Origin: Dendrobates tinctorius
Taxonomy: Eukaryota
Direction of reading: 5' to 3'
Length of the DNA: 64,000 nt
Assembly: GCF_039654945.1 (NCBI RefSeq)
Contig: NW_027361678.1
Coordinates: forward strand, 5,704,001 to 5,768,000
The position numbers and the translations under genes were made by a program. The notes under the pieces are model-generated. The model made no database searches, was not told where the DNA came from, and worked only from the letters and a program-made list of their open reading frames with translations. This document shows positions 25,386 through 38,095 of this stretch, one piece after another; position 1 is the first letter of the stretch; the number at the start of each line of letters is the position of its first letter.

Positions 25386-27886
25386 TCAGCAGAGGATTTG
25401 TGTTGTCCACAGTTTGGGGCTTCGTATGCCTCACTTGTTTTTAAGACTACGGTAGGCAAATAATCAGAGGAAAAGCAAAAGATAACCCAAAAACACATGG
25501 TAGTCCAGTGCTTGGATTAAAATTTCTTGTATCAAATGACTGTCGGGGGGTAAAGGCTCTGGCATGTCCAATTTCGGACTGCGATCCTTTTGTTCTGCTA
25601 GAGGAGTCTCTTACAGAGAAAATAGGAGCGCACAGCCTTACAAGTGCTGCCGTGTATGGAAGAGTTGGGTGAGACCGCTGCCGGCCAAACGATTGGCCAA
25701 CCCATCATTAGACTGTTGGCTATCTGAAGTATGTGTGGGGGGGTTCGAAGTAGCCCGTGTTCATGGTATATGTGCAACTAAAACCAACAGTAAGCTTCAA
25801 GCAGAAATCTGACTGTGTCACTTTACACTTCAGTACACCAAATACGGGTATATAGACTAGCATGAATGACCGCAAAGTCCTTCTGAATATTAGAAAATTC
25901 AGCAATTAACTCATATTGTAACATGTCCAAAAGGAACAGTTGCACGGCACATCACAGTGTCAAGCAATTAGGCCTTGAAAGTATTCTGGATGAGTGCCTA
26001 CATAGTGAAATAGTCCGTGTGCCCTCATTAATATGTTAATTAGGACGATGCAAGTGATTTTAGAACGGGGCTGATTAATAAAACTGAGATCACTCAATGC
26101 CTTATCATCTTTCAGTTGATTTCTTCAGCTCTGCTTATGGGGAACACGTATCGAAAGAAGCTTCAATGTTTATTTTCATTTTGATGCCTACTGTGTGCAT
26201 GCAGTGTTGCTTTTCCCTAATTATGCTAGGTATATTAGAGCTTTTGTTATTTTGTTTAGTGCATGACTTCCCCTAATTTATGGTAGTCTCTACACAATTA
26301 ATATTTTGACTGCTTGCCACCCATAGAATCTGCCTGAAACATTTGCAAACAAAAAAAGAGAATACCCGGCAAACCAAGAAAATTAATTTTTTTAATAGTC
26401 TTTTGCATGTGTATTTTTTTTAGCTTGTTTTAATTTTGTTTTTTTTGTTTTTTTGTTTAACCTCTTTACTCATTTTTTTTTTGCCTGACCTAATGTAGTT
26501 CCTATAGAAACCTTTTATGAATGGAAAGAAATTCGCAAATATAGTCTTCCAGAAAGTTTGCTCCTGTCCTTTATGGACTCTTGATTATTGGATGAAATGC
26601 AATAATGTATTACTCTTACAGAACATAAAAGAAACACTGTTAAAATATAAAATCGATAAAATAAAAAGTTTTCTGAAAAAAATAAAAAATAAAGCGAGAG
26701 AGAGAGAGAAAAAAAAGCACCGTCTGCTTTCCTGCTTTGCCATAGAATGGCATTTGTTAAAATGACCTTTTTGTTACACAGTCATAGTCAGCATTAATCC
26801 TATTACTCCATGATTTTTTTTTTATCAAGCCAAAGCAGCTGCCATTTCATCTTGCACTAAGTGAATTGAGGTGCTCAGTTGGTATACACACCACACTCTT
26901 AGATGTGTGAAACAGACAGTGATACTCAATACACATCACTAGCTGTTGTATTCTCCGGAGAGTAACCGGTCGCTTCAATATCTACATTAAGGCTGTCAAG
27001 ACGTATCAGCTCAGTGTCAGGGTCTATAATCCCAGCAACTTCTCCTAAGCATGAAAAACATGTTTGCTGGCAGCTTCTCTTAGAAAAAAAAATATTTAGA
27101 AGGAAAGAACTTTAGCTCTCTCTTCCAATGACGTACTAGACAATCGTTACCTTAAAATGTTATTTGTGTCATACTTATGATTATTTTATTGCTGTGCTTT
27201 TGAGTTTACTTTATTTTGATTCCTGGAAAACCTATGATGTGCGTTCGTCAAGGATGTCCTACCTACTTCTGCTTTTTGGTCTTGGTCCTCCAGGAATTCA
27301 TATATTCTGCTGTTTTTGGATCTTCAGGCTGTACAGAGTGTGGAATCCGTGTTTTTAGTGTTTGATGACTCTTTGTTGTATGGTAAAGAGATATTTTTGT
27401 TGTACTCCACCTACGACCTCTGTCAAATTATGGTTTCTTTCAAGGAGTGACTAATAGACCACCCGTCTGTACTATGGTGGACGTCTGGTTGCCCTGTAGG
27501 CTTCCGATGTGGCTTGGAGGCAATGGTGGATTGTAGTGTTGTACTGGGAGGAGTGGCTCAGTAAAAGTCAGTGTGAGAGTCTAAAGCTGGCCGAACGAGA
27601 GAGAGCTATTGGCCAAATGTTCGGCAGACAGACATTTCTCCCAACTCTCACATACTTGTAAACACATGGCTTGGCTGAGTGTTCATGTATTTCCCAGATG
27701 GAGATATAAAGCCACTGCTAGCTTCAAGCGAGTTGTGACTCTTGCACTTCTATGTTGGATTACCTTTAATAATGCTTTAATTAAGACATTCCTAAAAAAA
27801 AAAAACCTACTGGGTTTATGTGTTGATAGTGTATACTAACACAGATGGTTTTGCAATGGTTTTGATGTTTGATTTTTGGCTTAGAG

Positions 27887-27985
27887 CAGGGGTGGGGAAC
27901 CTTTTTTCTACTGGGGTCCATTAGGATATTTATACCATCATTCGTGGGCCATTAAAACAAATATCATTTTGAAATGTATTCTGCC
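27887..27985. mobile_element. Left end of a hAT (Charlie-like) MITE, truncated
   Basis: CAGGGGTGGGGAACC terminus; partner end not found. Confidence 0.55.
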
Positions 27986-27989
27986 ATAT

Positions 27990-29155
27990 ACTGTATTAAT
28001 GTCTCTGGTCCTCACTGCATGTTTGACTGACTCTTCTCCTAGGTATTTGACTAAGAAGTTTGTCTCTTCCCTGTGTTGTAGCCCCAAGTCTCTAGTGACA
28101 TTTTGGAAAGAATCTCTCCAAGCTCTGTAACCTTCAGCTTGGTCAGTGAATTTCATGAGTCCCTTGGCTACCAGTTCACGTCGTGTGAAGAACTTAGCAA
28201 ATTCTGTTGTGAACCGGTTGTCAGCAGATACTGGTAAAGGGTCACCCTGATAGTGGAGTGAGGTGCATTCGTACTTGTCAGTATCCTCTGGGTGGCACCA
28301 GCCGGTGTGGTATTGCTTCAGTCTGACGTGCGATGTGTCAGCAAGGTGATTTACGTTGGTTACCTGGTGAGGGGCAAGGTAGTCATTAGCAGAGTTGTTT
28401 TGCTCCATGTTTTCTTGTTTGTATCTGTCCTGGAGCTGAGCCTCATGATGACTCTCGCTTGAGATGTTGTGATCTTGTTTTGGTACCGGTTCAGGGTTAT
28501 AGTTTGGATCAGGAAGTTCATTAATGTACTGAGATGTGCGTTGTGGTGAATCTTGCAGTGTAAACTCCAAACTCGGCAGACTGTTTCATCTATGCAGCTC
28601 AGGGTTTTGCGCAGCTTCTAGCGATTCTGCCTCAGCGAGGGCAGCTTCCCTTTTTGCTGCTAGGCTTGCTAAGGTGGCATCCATGCATGCCTTCTCTAAC
28701 TGCGTCCTTCTCTCTTGGTCAACTAGACGTGCTTTCGCTAATTTAAGTTGCATCTCTTGGTCAGCAATGCTTACTCACATTTTGGCGGTCTCAGCATTTG
28801 CGCGGGCAATGGCGACCGCGCTGCTGATGGATGTTGTCTTTGAGGTGACGGAAGTAATAGATTTTGTCCTGTGTGATTTGTGGGACAAGGTGTCTTGGAG
28901 GAATGCTTGGCTGTGCAGAGATTGCTGTAGCTGTATTAAATCACTGTCACTGAATCCCACTAGCTGGATGTTTGCCTTTTAACTTAATCCACTAGCTGTA
29001 TGATTGCCGTTTCACTGTTCTGTCCTCACTAAATGAAGCAGACTCATATAGCTATACAGGTAGATAAACCACTATACCGGAGTCCAATAAGGAGACTGTG
29101 GTTGAGTCTGTGCTTTTATTGAACATGATAGCACACCTATACAGTTACATTCTGA
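27990..29155 (-). mobile_element. gag: BEL/Pao fragment: partial 5' LTR (from ~29016) and gag
   Basis: SSAVAIARANAETAK and FAKFFTRRELVAKGLMKFTDQAEGYRAWRDSF..LVKYLGEES, typical of BEL gag; LTR end ...AGAACA followed by GTGAAACGGC. Confidence 0.8.
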
Positions 29156-29159
29156 GGCA

Positions 29160-31016
29160 GAGCAGGGAGAATCGATCTCCCTACACTGCCGCGCAGCTGC
29201 TATGGGCCCCTGAGCAGGCGGTGGGGGCCCCTGTGCCAGCATTGTGCCCCCACCTGTCATCGCAGGGTCAACTATATCGGCATCCAGCCGATACAGCAGA
29301 CTGCACAGATGAGAGAAGGAGCGAGAGCGTCTGATGCAGACACTGACAGGGAGCGCGATGACTTCACTGCCCATTGCACGTTGTTAGGAGATGAGCAGGA
29401 GCTCAGATCAGTGCAGGAACCAGGAGGAAGAGAGGTGAGTATTTATATATTTTATGGGGTGCATTATTTTACAGACTGCCTATGGGGGGTGCTGCCTTAC
29501 CTAACAGTTTGCCTATGGGGGAGGTGCTGCCTTACCTTACAGTCTGCCTATGGGGGGTGCTGCCTTACCTAACAGTCTGCCTATGGGGAGGATGCTGCCT
29601 TACCTAACAGTCTGCCTATGGGGGGCGCTGCCTTACATTACAGTCTGCCTATTGGGGATGCTGCCTTAAATTGCAGTCTGCCCATGGGGGGTGCTGCCTT
29701 ACCTATCAGTCTGCCTATGGGGGGTGCTGCCTTACCTATCAGTCTGCCTATGGGGAGGATGCTGCCTTACCTAACAGTCTGCCTATGGGGGGGGGTGCTA
29801 CCTTACATTACAGTCTGCCTACGGGGGGTGCTACCTTACATTACAGTCAGCGTATGGGGGGTGCTGCCTTATATTGCAGTCTGCCCATGGGGGTGCTGCC
29901 TTTTATTGCAGTCTGCCTATGGGGGATGCTGCCTTACATTGCAGTCTGCCTATGGGGGATGCTGCCTTACATTACAGTCTGCCTATGGGGGGTTTTGTCT
30001 TACATTACAGTCTGCCTATGGGAGGGTACTGCCTTACATTAGTCTGTTTATGGGGGGCTGCATTATACTATAGAGTCTGCCTATGGGGGGGCTGCATTAT
30101 ACTGTAGAGTCTACCTATGGGGAGTGCATTATACTATACTGAGGACTATCTGGTGTATTATGCTACATTGAGGCTATATAGGGGGCCATCATACAGTGTG
30201 GAGATTACAGTGAGGGGGCCATCATACAGTGTTGGAGCCATCAAAAAGTTTGATGGATATCAAGGGGTCAGTATATGTATAGTGAGGGGGCATTATACTG
30301 TGTATAAGAGAGCATCATACTGTGTATAGGGGAGCTGTATGGGGGGGGGGGACTCTTGACATTATTAAATGTAAAGTGAGCACGTTTTGTTATAGGGAAA
30401 CTCGGGTAACTGTGACTGTCAAAGGGGCACACAGAGGGTATTATTACTTTCTAGAGGGCAAAATGTGGGCACTGTTTTATAGGGCACTTGCATCCGGCAT
30501 CACTATATTGTAGAGGGTTGCTTTAGAATTTAAAAGGCACAGAGAACCACACAGCAGGTGCAGTAGGGACACATACGGCAGCAGCGGGGTATCAGCAGGA
30601 TGAGGGGTTTGCGCAGGTTGGGGATACATGGTAATGGGGCTGGAATATGAGAAGTGAAACGTGTCTATCTTGTATTCTCTGTAGCCGAGTCCTGGCTGGA
30701 GAATTGTCATTGTCAGTCTGGGCCAGATGGAAAGGACAGGAAAAGTGAACGATTCCATCAGAAAGAAAGTCAGCGGTAAGTCGCTATCTGTAACTGTGCT
30801 GTAATCACTTATATGTTCTGTAAGACTGGTATCTACCACTGACCATATGGCCGTAATATCAATATTGGTCTTTATATAGAGATTATTTTCAGTAGCATCG
30901 CAGTCATCTGCTGAGTTTCTCCTACATCCACTATTAGGGTGCGTCACTGAGTTGTAATCAAGGTTCTCCGGTTAGGGGCCCCCCCCCCCCGAACCAAAAC
31001 CCTAGCTACGCCTCTG
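29160..31016. mobile_element. Non-autonomous hAT-like (Tip100/Zaphod-type end) element with internal minisatellite; left end lost
   Basis: Right end CTAGCTACGCCTCTG (reverse complement CAGAGGCGTAGCTAG); GGGCCCC subterminal motifs; AGGTGAGT at 29432. Confidence 0.6.
29470..30130. repeat. ~32-bp minisatellite (CAGTCTGCCTATGGGGGGTGCTGCCTTACATTA)
   Basis: About 20 tandem copies with variable G-runs. Confidence 0.95.
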
Positions 31017-32639
31017 ACAGTGGTTATTGTTGCATAATCTTAAACCTTCAAGTTTACAACACCAATAGCATTCCTTATTCCTGCGTAAACTTTTACCATC
31101 TAAAAGAATAATAATAAAAAAAATACATTGCATAGATTTCTGAATTTCCGATATTCAACCTTCCTATCCAATTCAACACACTCCAACAAATTTCATTCTT
31201 GATTAGCGTGCCGCTTTTGTAATGCAGATAGGAGCCATCTTGTCCCAGGATTACTGTTGAGAGATAACAAGCAATTTTCAGCTCCCATACATTTGATGGA
31301 ACAGACCTGTCTATGAAGACATTACGGCGCCTGCCATTCCACATTACTACCGTCCTCAGAGGCAGAAGATAAGTTATAGTTTATTTGCCAAGAACGTACG
31401 CTGTACAGTCCAACAAACACAGTCTCTTTTTTTTTTCTCTCTTTTCCTCTCCTTTTTGTACGGTTCCGTGATTTACGGGCGTGCGCTTTTTAAATCTTCA
31501 ACAATCAATTGCAATGTACAGGTCGGACTATTCAAATTACTTTTCCCCCCCAAAAAAAGAAAAAAGTACTTTAAAATGCATTAAGTTATTAATTGCCCGC
31601 TGGCACTTTAATCAAGGAGGAAAATTGACATAGCCAGAAGCTTGTATTTTTGTAGGAAAAAAAATTATTTGAAAGGAGGGGAAAGAAAAATACCCCTGCA
31701 TTTCATACTGCTTAATTTAAACTGAGAAAACTGAGGAAAAATCAAGCGCTCTGGAAAATTAATAAAACATTTCCCAGCCTGCAAACAGTGACTAATTGTA
31801 CAAGCAGGACTGACTAGAATTAATAACTCGCAATCTTCTATGTAGAGAACCCCCCACCAGCTCAATTTGCCGAGAGATTAAATGACTTCTAAGTTTGCCA
31901 TATTAAAAACGGAACATGAATAAAATGTTAGGGAAAGAACATTTATTATTTACTGTCTGTGATATGGATATAATTACCGCTAAACAACACATGATAACGT
32001 GACCGGGAATATTTAAGTTTTGCCTCTTGGCAATGGCACCTGTGAAATGCCCTCCTACGGTCGCGCATTAGCCGTGCGCAGACATCTGCTGGTACAGAGC
32101 AGACGTCTTATTATTTCATAAATTATAGTGTAATGAATGTTTCGCGACATAATCTGAATATCCTGTACTTGCCATACTTTTATTTTGAGATGATGAAGGC
32201 AAATTTGGTCTCCATGCAAAGTATAAGCAGCCATTTCACCGGTGAAACTTGAGCACACGGTCACAAGGGCGTAACGTGAGGGTGGAGTGGCCGTAGGGAC
32301 ACCAAATTTTATGGAGATACAAAATCTACCCCTTTTCTTGCTTCCACTGCTTCTTCTTGAAGCAGAGTCACATAATGGCCAGCGAGCTAGTTGATTAAAG
32401 AAGCCAGGGACTGTTTTAACATCTCATTTGGTGGAGCAGGTTCCTATACTTTTTCTAACTCTAGCTAGGATTAGGTGTAATAAAATAGTTGCCTAAAAAA
32501 AATAAAAGCACAAAAATATAATAAAGAGAAAAGCAATATAGACCATGGTATAGTTATTTGCACAATTTTATGCCAGATTTTAGCAAAAAAATATCTCAAG
32601 GGTCAAAGGGCTAATTAGAATTTTATCTTTTTTAAAAAA

Positions 32640-32646
<7 letters not shown>

Positions 32647-32715
<69 letters not shown>
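32647..32715. repeat. (TA)n microsatellite
   Basis: About 34 TA units. Confidence 0.98.
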
Positions 32716-32718
<3 letters not shown>

Positions 32719-32902
32719 CACGTGAGCGATAAGGGGTTCAGTACTGGACTGGTGAAAGCGACTCAAGGACCACTAACAGTCCATGGGATAGGAGGCACCT
32801 TGTTCCAGGTACTGCACCATTGTTTTCAGCACTGTGGCTATATTTACAATGGACCGATCAGCTAGAGACCTCGGGATAGAAAGACTCTTCAAATATTTGT
32901 AA

Positions 32903-34368
32903 CTAGATGGTGGCCCGATTCTATCGCATCGGGTATTCTAGAGTCTCTGTTAAAATAAAAAAGTTATATACTCACCTTCCGACGGCCCCCGGACTCTTTC
33001 TCTCCTCTCCACTCTACTGGCATCTTCCGGTTCCAGTAATGCTTTGCGCAAAACAACACTGATGACGTCGCGCTCTTGCCCTTCTCGCTAAGCATTACTG
33101 GAACCGGAAGATGCCGGGCGCGTGGTGAGAGGAGGGACAGAGTCCGGGGGCCGTCGAAAGGTGAGTATATAACTATTTTTTATTTTAACAGAGACTCTAA
33201 AATACCCGATGCGATAGGGTCGGGCCACCATCTAGAGTATTATACTCCTGTTACACCCAGAGCTGCTGTCACTGTTCTGCTGTTACCTAATGTATTGTAC
33301 TCCAGTTACAGCCAAAGCTGCAGTCACTGTTCTGCTGTTATCTAATGTATTGTACTCCATTTACTCCCAGAGCTGCAGTCACTGTTCTGCTTTTACCTAA
33401 TGTATTGTAGTCCAGTTATACCCAGAGCTGCAGTCACCATTCTGCTCTTACCTAATGTATTGTACTCAAGTTACACCCAGAGCTGCAGTCACTGTTCGGC
33501 TGTTACCTAATGTATTGTACTCCAGTTACTCCCAGATTTGCAGTCACTGTTCTCCTGTTACCTAATGTACTCCTGTTACACCCAGAGCTGCAGTCACTGG
33601 TCTGCTGTTACCTAATGTATTGTACTCCAGTTACACCCAGATCTGCAGTCACTGTTCTGATGTTACCTAATGTACTCCTGTTACACCCAGAGTTGCAGTC
33701 TCTGTCCTGCTGTTGCCTAATGTAGTGTACTCCAGTTACACCCAGATCTGCAGTCACTGTTATGCTGTTACCTAATGTATTGTACTCCAGTTACTCCTAG
33801 AGCTGCAGTCACTGTTCTGCTTTTACCTAATGTATTGTAGTCCCGTTACACCCAGAGCTGCAGTCACCATTCTGCTCTTACCTAATGTATTATACTCCTG
33901 TTACAGCCAGAGCTGCAGTCACTGTTCAGATCTTACCTAATGTATTGTACTCCAGCTACACCCAGAGCTGCAGTCACTTTTCTGCTCTTACCTAATGTAT
34001 TGTACGCAAGTTACACCCAGAGCTGCAGTCACTGTTCTACTGTTACCTAATTTATTGTACTCCAGTTACACCCAGATCTGCAGTCTATTCTGCTGTTACC
34101 TAATGTACTCCTGTTACACCCAGAGCTGCAGTCACTGTTCTGCTCTTACCTAATGTATTGTATATGTACAGGACTTCTCCTGTGTAATGAGCGATGCAGC
34201 AGTGATGCCTTTAACGGCTGTAATGTGCCTGTACAATAAGCGATGCGGCCGTGTTGCCGCGACGACTAAGCGACTGTCGCTGATTGGTCACAGCCTAACT
34301 GCCGTGACCAATCAGCGACGCAGGATTTTGGTTACAGACAGACATGATAAGACAATTATATATATAGA
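32903..34368 (-). mobile_element. Non-autonomous Helitron-like element
   Basis: On the minus strand it begins A|TCTATATATATAATTG and ends with hairpin CCCGATGCGATAGAATCGGG then CCACCATCTAG|T; sits between A and T with no TSD. Confidence 0.75.
33240..34162. repeat. ~55-bp minisatellite (TGTATTGTACTCCAGTTACACCCAGAGCTGCAGTCACTGTTCTGCTGTTACCTAA), ~17 copies
   Basis: Tandem copies, some with a 5-bp deletion variant. Confidence 0.95.
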
Positions 34369-34747
34369 TATCTTACTTTGCAGTCTAATAGCTCCTCATA
34401 ATGCACAATTCCATCTGCCTTGGAGGTGGTAGAGGCCCCCTTACCTCTTGGGCCCCTGTGCGGCTGCACAGGTTGCATCAATGATATATCTGCTGTAATG
34501 CAGCAGCTTTCACGAGAGGCAGTGACCCAGGTTAGTCCAACTTAAACGCATTTATTTTGGCAACTTACAAAAATAACGCAAATTTTATCGTCCATAAGAG
34601 TCCGTATCAAATCCGTTGCCGTTTGCGAATCACTCGCTTCGCCTTCTCTGGCCTGTGTTCAGTCTCACACAGTCCTGTCTTGCACAAAGCCTCCTGCTCT
34701 GATGGTTGCAAACAACACTCTGACCCACCCAAACGTTACCTGAAAGT

Positions 34748-35360
34748 TTAACCCCTTAGTGACAGAGCCAATTTTGATCTTAATAACTGGTCTAACTTTT
34801 ACAATTCTGACCACTGTCACTTTATGAGGTAATAACTCTGGAATACTTCAATGAATCTCACTGATTCTGAGACTGTTTTCTCGTGACATATTGTGCTTCA
34901 TGATAGTGATAAAATGTGTTTATTTGAGAAAAAAAGGAAATTTGGCCAAAATTTTGAAAATTTTGCAATTTTCCAACTTTGAATTTTCTTGCCCTTAAAT
35001 CACAGAGATATGGCACACAAAATAGCTGAAAAATAACATTTCCCACATGTCTACTTTACATCAGCACAATTTTGGAAATATATATTTTTTTGTTAGGACG
35101 TTATAAGGGTTAAAAGTTGAGCAGCAATTTCTAATTTTTCCAACAAAATTTGCAAAACCATTTCTTTAGGGACCACATCACATTTGAAGTTACTTTGAGG
35201 GGCCTATATGACAGAAAATACCCAAAAGTGACACCATTCTAAAACCTGCATCCCTCAAGGTGCGCAAAACCACATTCAAGAAGTTTATTAACCCTTCAGG
35301 AGCTTCCCGAGAACTGAAGCAATGTGGAGCAAAAAAATGAACATTTATCTTTTATTGTAA
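34748..35360. mobile_element. End of a piggyBac-like non-autonomous element, truncated
   Basis: TTAA|CCCCTTAGTGAC terminus followed by an AT-rich body with a further TTAACCCTT. Confidence 0.55.
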
Positions 35361-36772
35361 AAGATCTGATGACTACAAGCTGTTCAGTGAGTACATTATG
35401 GAGGGCATATATGTATACACAGTGGGTACGGAAAGTATTCAGACCCCTTTTACATTTTTCACTCTTTGTTTCATTGCAGCCATTTGGTAAATTCAAAAAA
35501 GTTCATTTTTTTCTCACTAATGTACACTCTGCACCCCATCTTGACTGAAAAAAAACAGAAATGTAGAAATTTTTGCAAATTTATTAACAAAGAAAAACTG
35601 AAATATCACATGTTCATAAATATTCAGATCCTTTGCTCAGTATTGAGTAGAAGCACCCTTTTGAGCTAGTTCAGCCTTGAGCCTTCTTGGGAATGATGCA
35701 ACAAGTTTTTCACACCTGGATTTGGGGATCCTCTGCCATTCTTACTTACAGATCCTCTCCAGTTCCGTCAGGTTGGATGGTAGACAGCCATTTTCAAGTT
35801 TCTCCAGAGATGCTCAATTGAGTTTAGGTCAGGGCTCTGGCCGGGCCAGTCAAGAATGGTCACAGAGTTGTTCCAAAGCCATTCCTTTGTTATTTTAGCT
35901 GTGTGCTTAGGGTCATTGTCGTGTTGGAAGGTGAACCTTCGGCCAAGTCTGAGGTCCAGCGCACTCTGGAAGAGGTTTTCAACCAGGATATCTCTGTACT
36001 TGGCTACATTCATGTTTCCTTCAATGGCAACCAGTTGTCCTGTCCCTGCAGCTGAAAAACACCCCCATAGCATGATGCTGCCACCACCATATTTCACTGT
36101 TGGAATTGTATTGGGCAGGTGATGAGCAGTGCCTGGTTTTCTCCACACATTCAGCTTAGAATTATCACCAAAAAGTTCTATCTTCGTCTCATCAGATCAG
36201 AGAATCTTATTTCTCATATTCTGGGAGTCCTTCATGTGTTTTTGGCAAACTCTATGCGGGCTTTCATATGTCTTGCACTGAGGAGAGGTTTCCATCGGGC
36301 CACTGTGCCATAAAGGCCAGACTGGTGGAAGGCTGCAGTGGTAGTTGACTTTATGGAACCGTCTCCCATCTCCCTACTGCATTTCTGGAGCTCAGCCACA
36401 GTGATCTTGGGGTTCTTTATTACTTCTCTCACCAAGGCTCTTCTCCCACGAATGCTCAGTTTGGCTGGACGGCCAGGTCTAGGAAGACTTCTGGTGGTCC
36501 CAAACTTCTTTCATCTAAGGATTATGGAGGCCACTGTGCTCTTAGGAACCTTGAGTAGTGCAGAAATTATTTTGTAACCTTGGCCAGATCTGTGCATTGC
36601 CACAATTCTGTCTCTGAGCTCCTTGGCCAGTTCCTTTGACCTCATGGTTCTCATTTGGTCTAACATGCACTGGGAGCTGTGAGGTCTTATATGTTAGGAG
36701 TGGCGAAATGCACTAAATAAATATAAATAAAGTGTGTTCGCCACTCGGGGTCCACCGTGCAGTAGGTGTTAA

Positions 36773-38095
36773 TGGGTCGCCCTCCCAGGGCTGTGGGGTA
36801 CTCGGTACCGGGCCGGTGTCAGGGGAGTGTGCCACAGCAGCGGTGACCCGGACCGTGGCCCTGGGCGCCCAAGTCAATGGCGGAATGTATATGTAGTTAA
36901 TGGAATGGAATAGTTCGTGACACCACCTGTGGTGCTCGGCAAGGGAGGTGTTAAGCCGACGCTGCAGACAGATCCTCTGGGACAGATGGTATGGTGCAGC
37001 AGTGATGGTATAGCCCTCCACAGGCAGGGCTGATGTCCCAGGGCAGTGTAGTTGCGATGGTTGTGGAAAGGCGCAGGCAGTGTAAGGAATGGTACCCAGA
37101 TGTAGCGGTGCTGAGCAGGTTGGCGCAAGAATGAATGGAGGACACCGAGGCTTGCAGTTCCAAAGCTTTACTCACAGTCTGCGGTACACAAGGGTGCCTG
37201 CCTCCGGGCCGTGTCCTCCGGGTCAGAGACTCAGCCAACCTCCAGGCCAGATGGGAAGCTCCACTCAAACACTCCGCCAACATGTACCTTTCCTGATCGA
37301 CTCCTCTATTGCGCCTTAAAGTGTGAAGATCTCCAGTACCGTGGTACCCTGGAGTTCCTCCTGTCAGATGTTCCCAAGAACTCTACTCGTATGGCAGACA
37401 GCTGTAGCCTACTTCGGGGACTCCCTTCTCCTGAGTCCCGGCTCTCTATCCGTGTTGCTGTTGTGCCCCAAGTCTTAGATGGGAGTAGTGCATTTACAGC
37501 CAATTACTCCACTGGTGTCTACTGCAGAACCATAAGTGTCCATACAACCTCGGGAACCGGGCCCCGGCCTTGCGCTGAGAACCTATAGGCAGGGCTCCTC
37601 TTCCAACCAACGTCTCCTCTCTGTTCTCCTTACTCCTTCGTTCCGTACTGATCTTTCTTTCTCTTATGGAAGCTTAGGTTGCAGTTCTACGTCTTTCTCT
37701 TGCCAGCTGGCTCAGATCACTGAGGCAGCTGCAGCACTCCTTCCTCCATCCCTTCTTCCAGGGATCCCCACTCCTCTCGAGTGGCTTCCTTCCTCACTGA
37801 CCTTCTGTCAGACTGAACTTGTAATCCTACACTTTCCCACTCTTTTATATATCTCAACTCCACCCACCTCCCAGCACATCCAGTGTTCCATGCAGGGAAC
37901 CACCAGTGGTGCTCTGCTACTCTCTAAGCACTGAGCCGCAATGTGGTTGTGCAGAACTACCCTGTTGTGTGGGGTGCAAGTGTTGGAGCGTGGAAAGGAG
38001 TTCCCACGTTACCTGGATGATGGTGGGGCACTACACCTTTAAAGAGAGAGGAAGGTGCAGTACCTCTGTGGCGACTGAGCCTCAGGGGCGCCACA
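36773..38095. repeat. Solo LTR nested in the 3' LTR of family D
   Basis: 1.32-kb block absent from the paired LTR (which reads GTGTTAAAACC); ends TG..CGCCC / GGGGCGCCACA. Confidence 0.8.

Noticed and set aside
29618-30107. Cys/Gly-rich ORFs resembling keratin-associated proteins
   Set aside because: Derived from the ~32-bp minisatellite inside a DNA transposon; the frame shifts with G-run length
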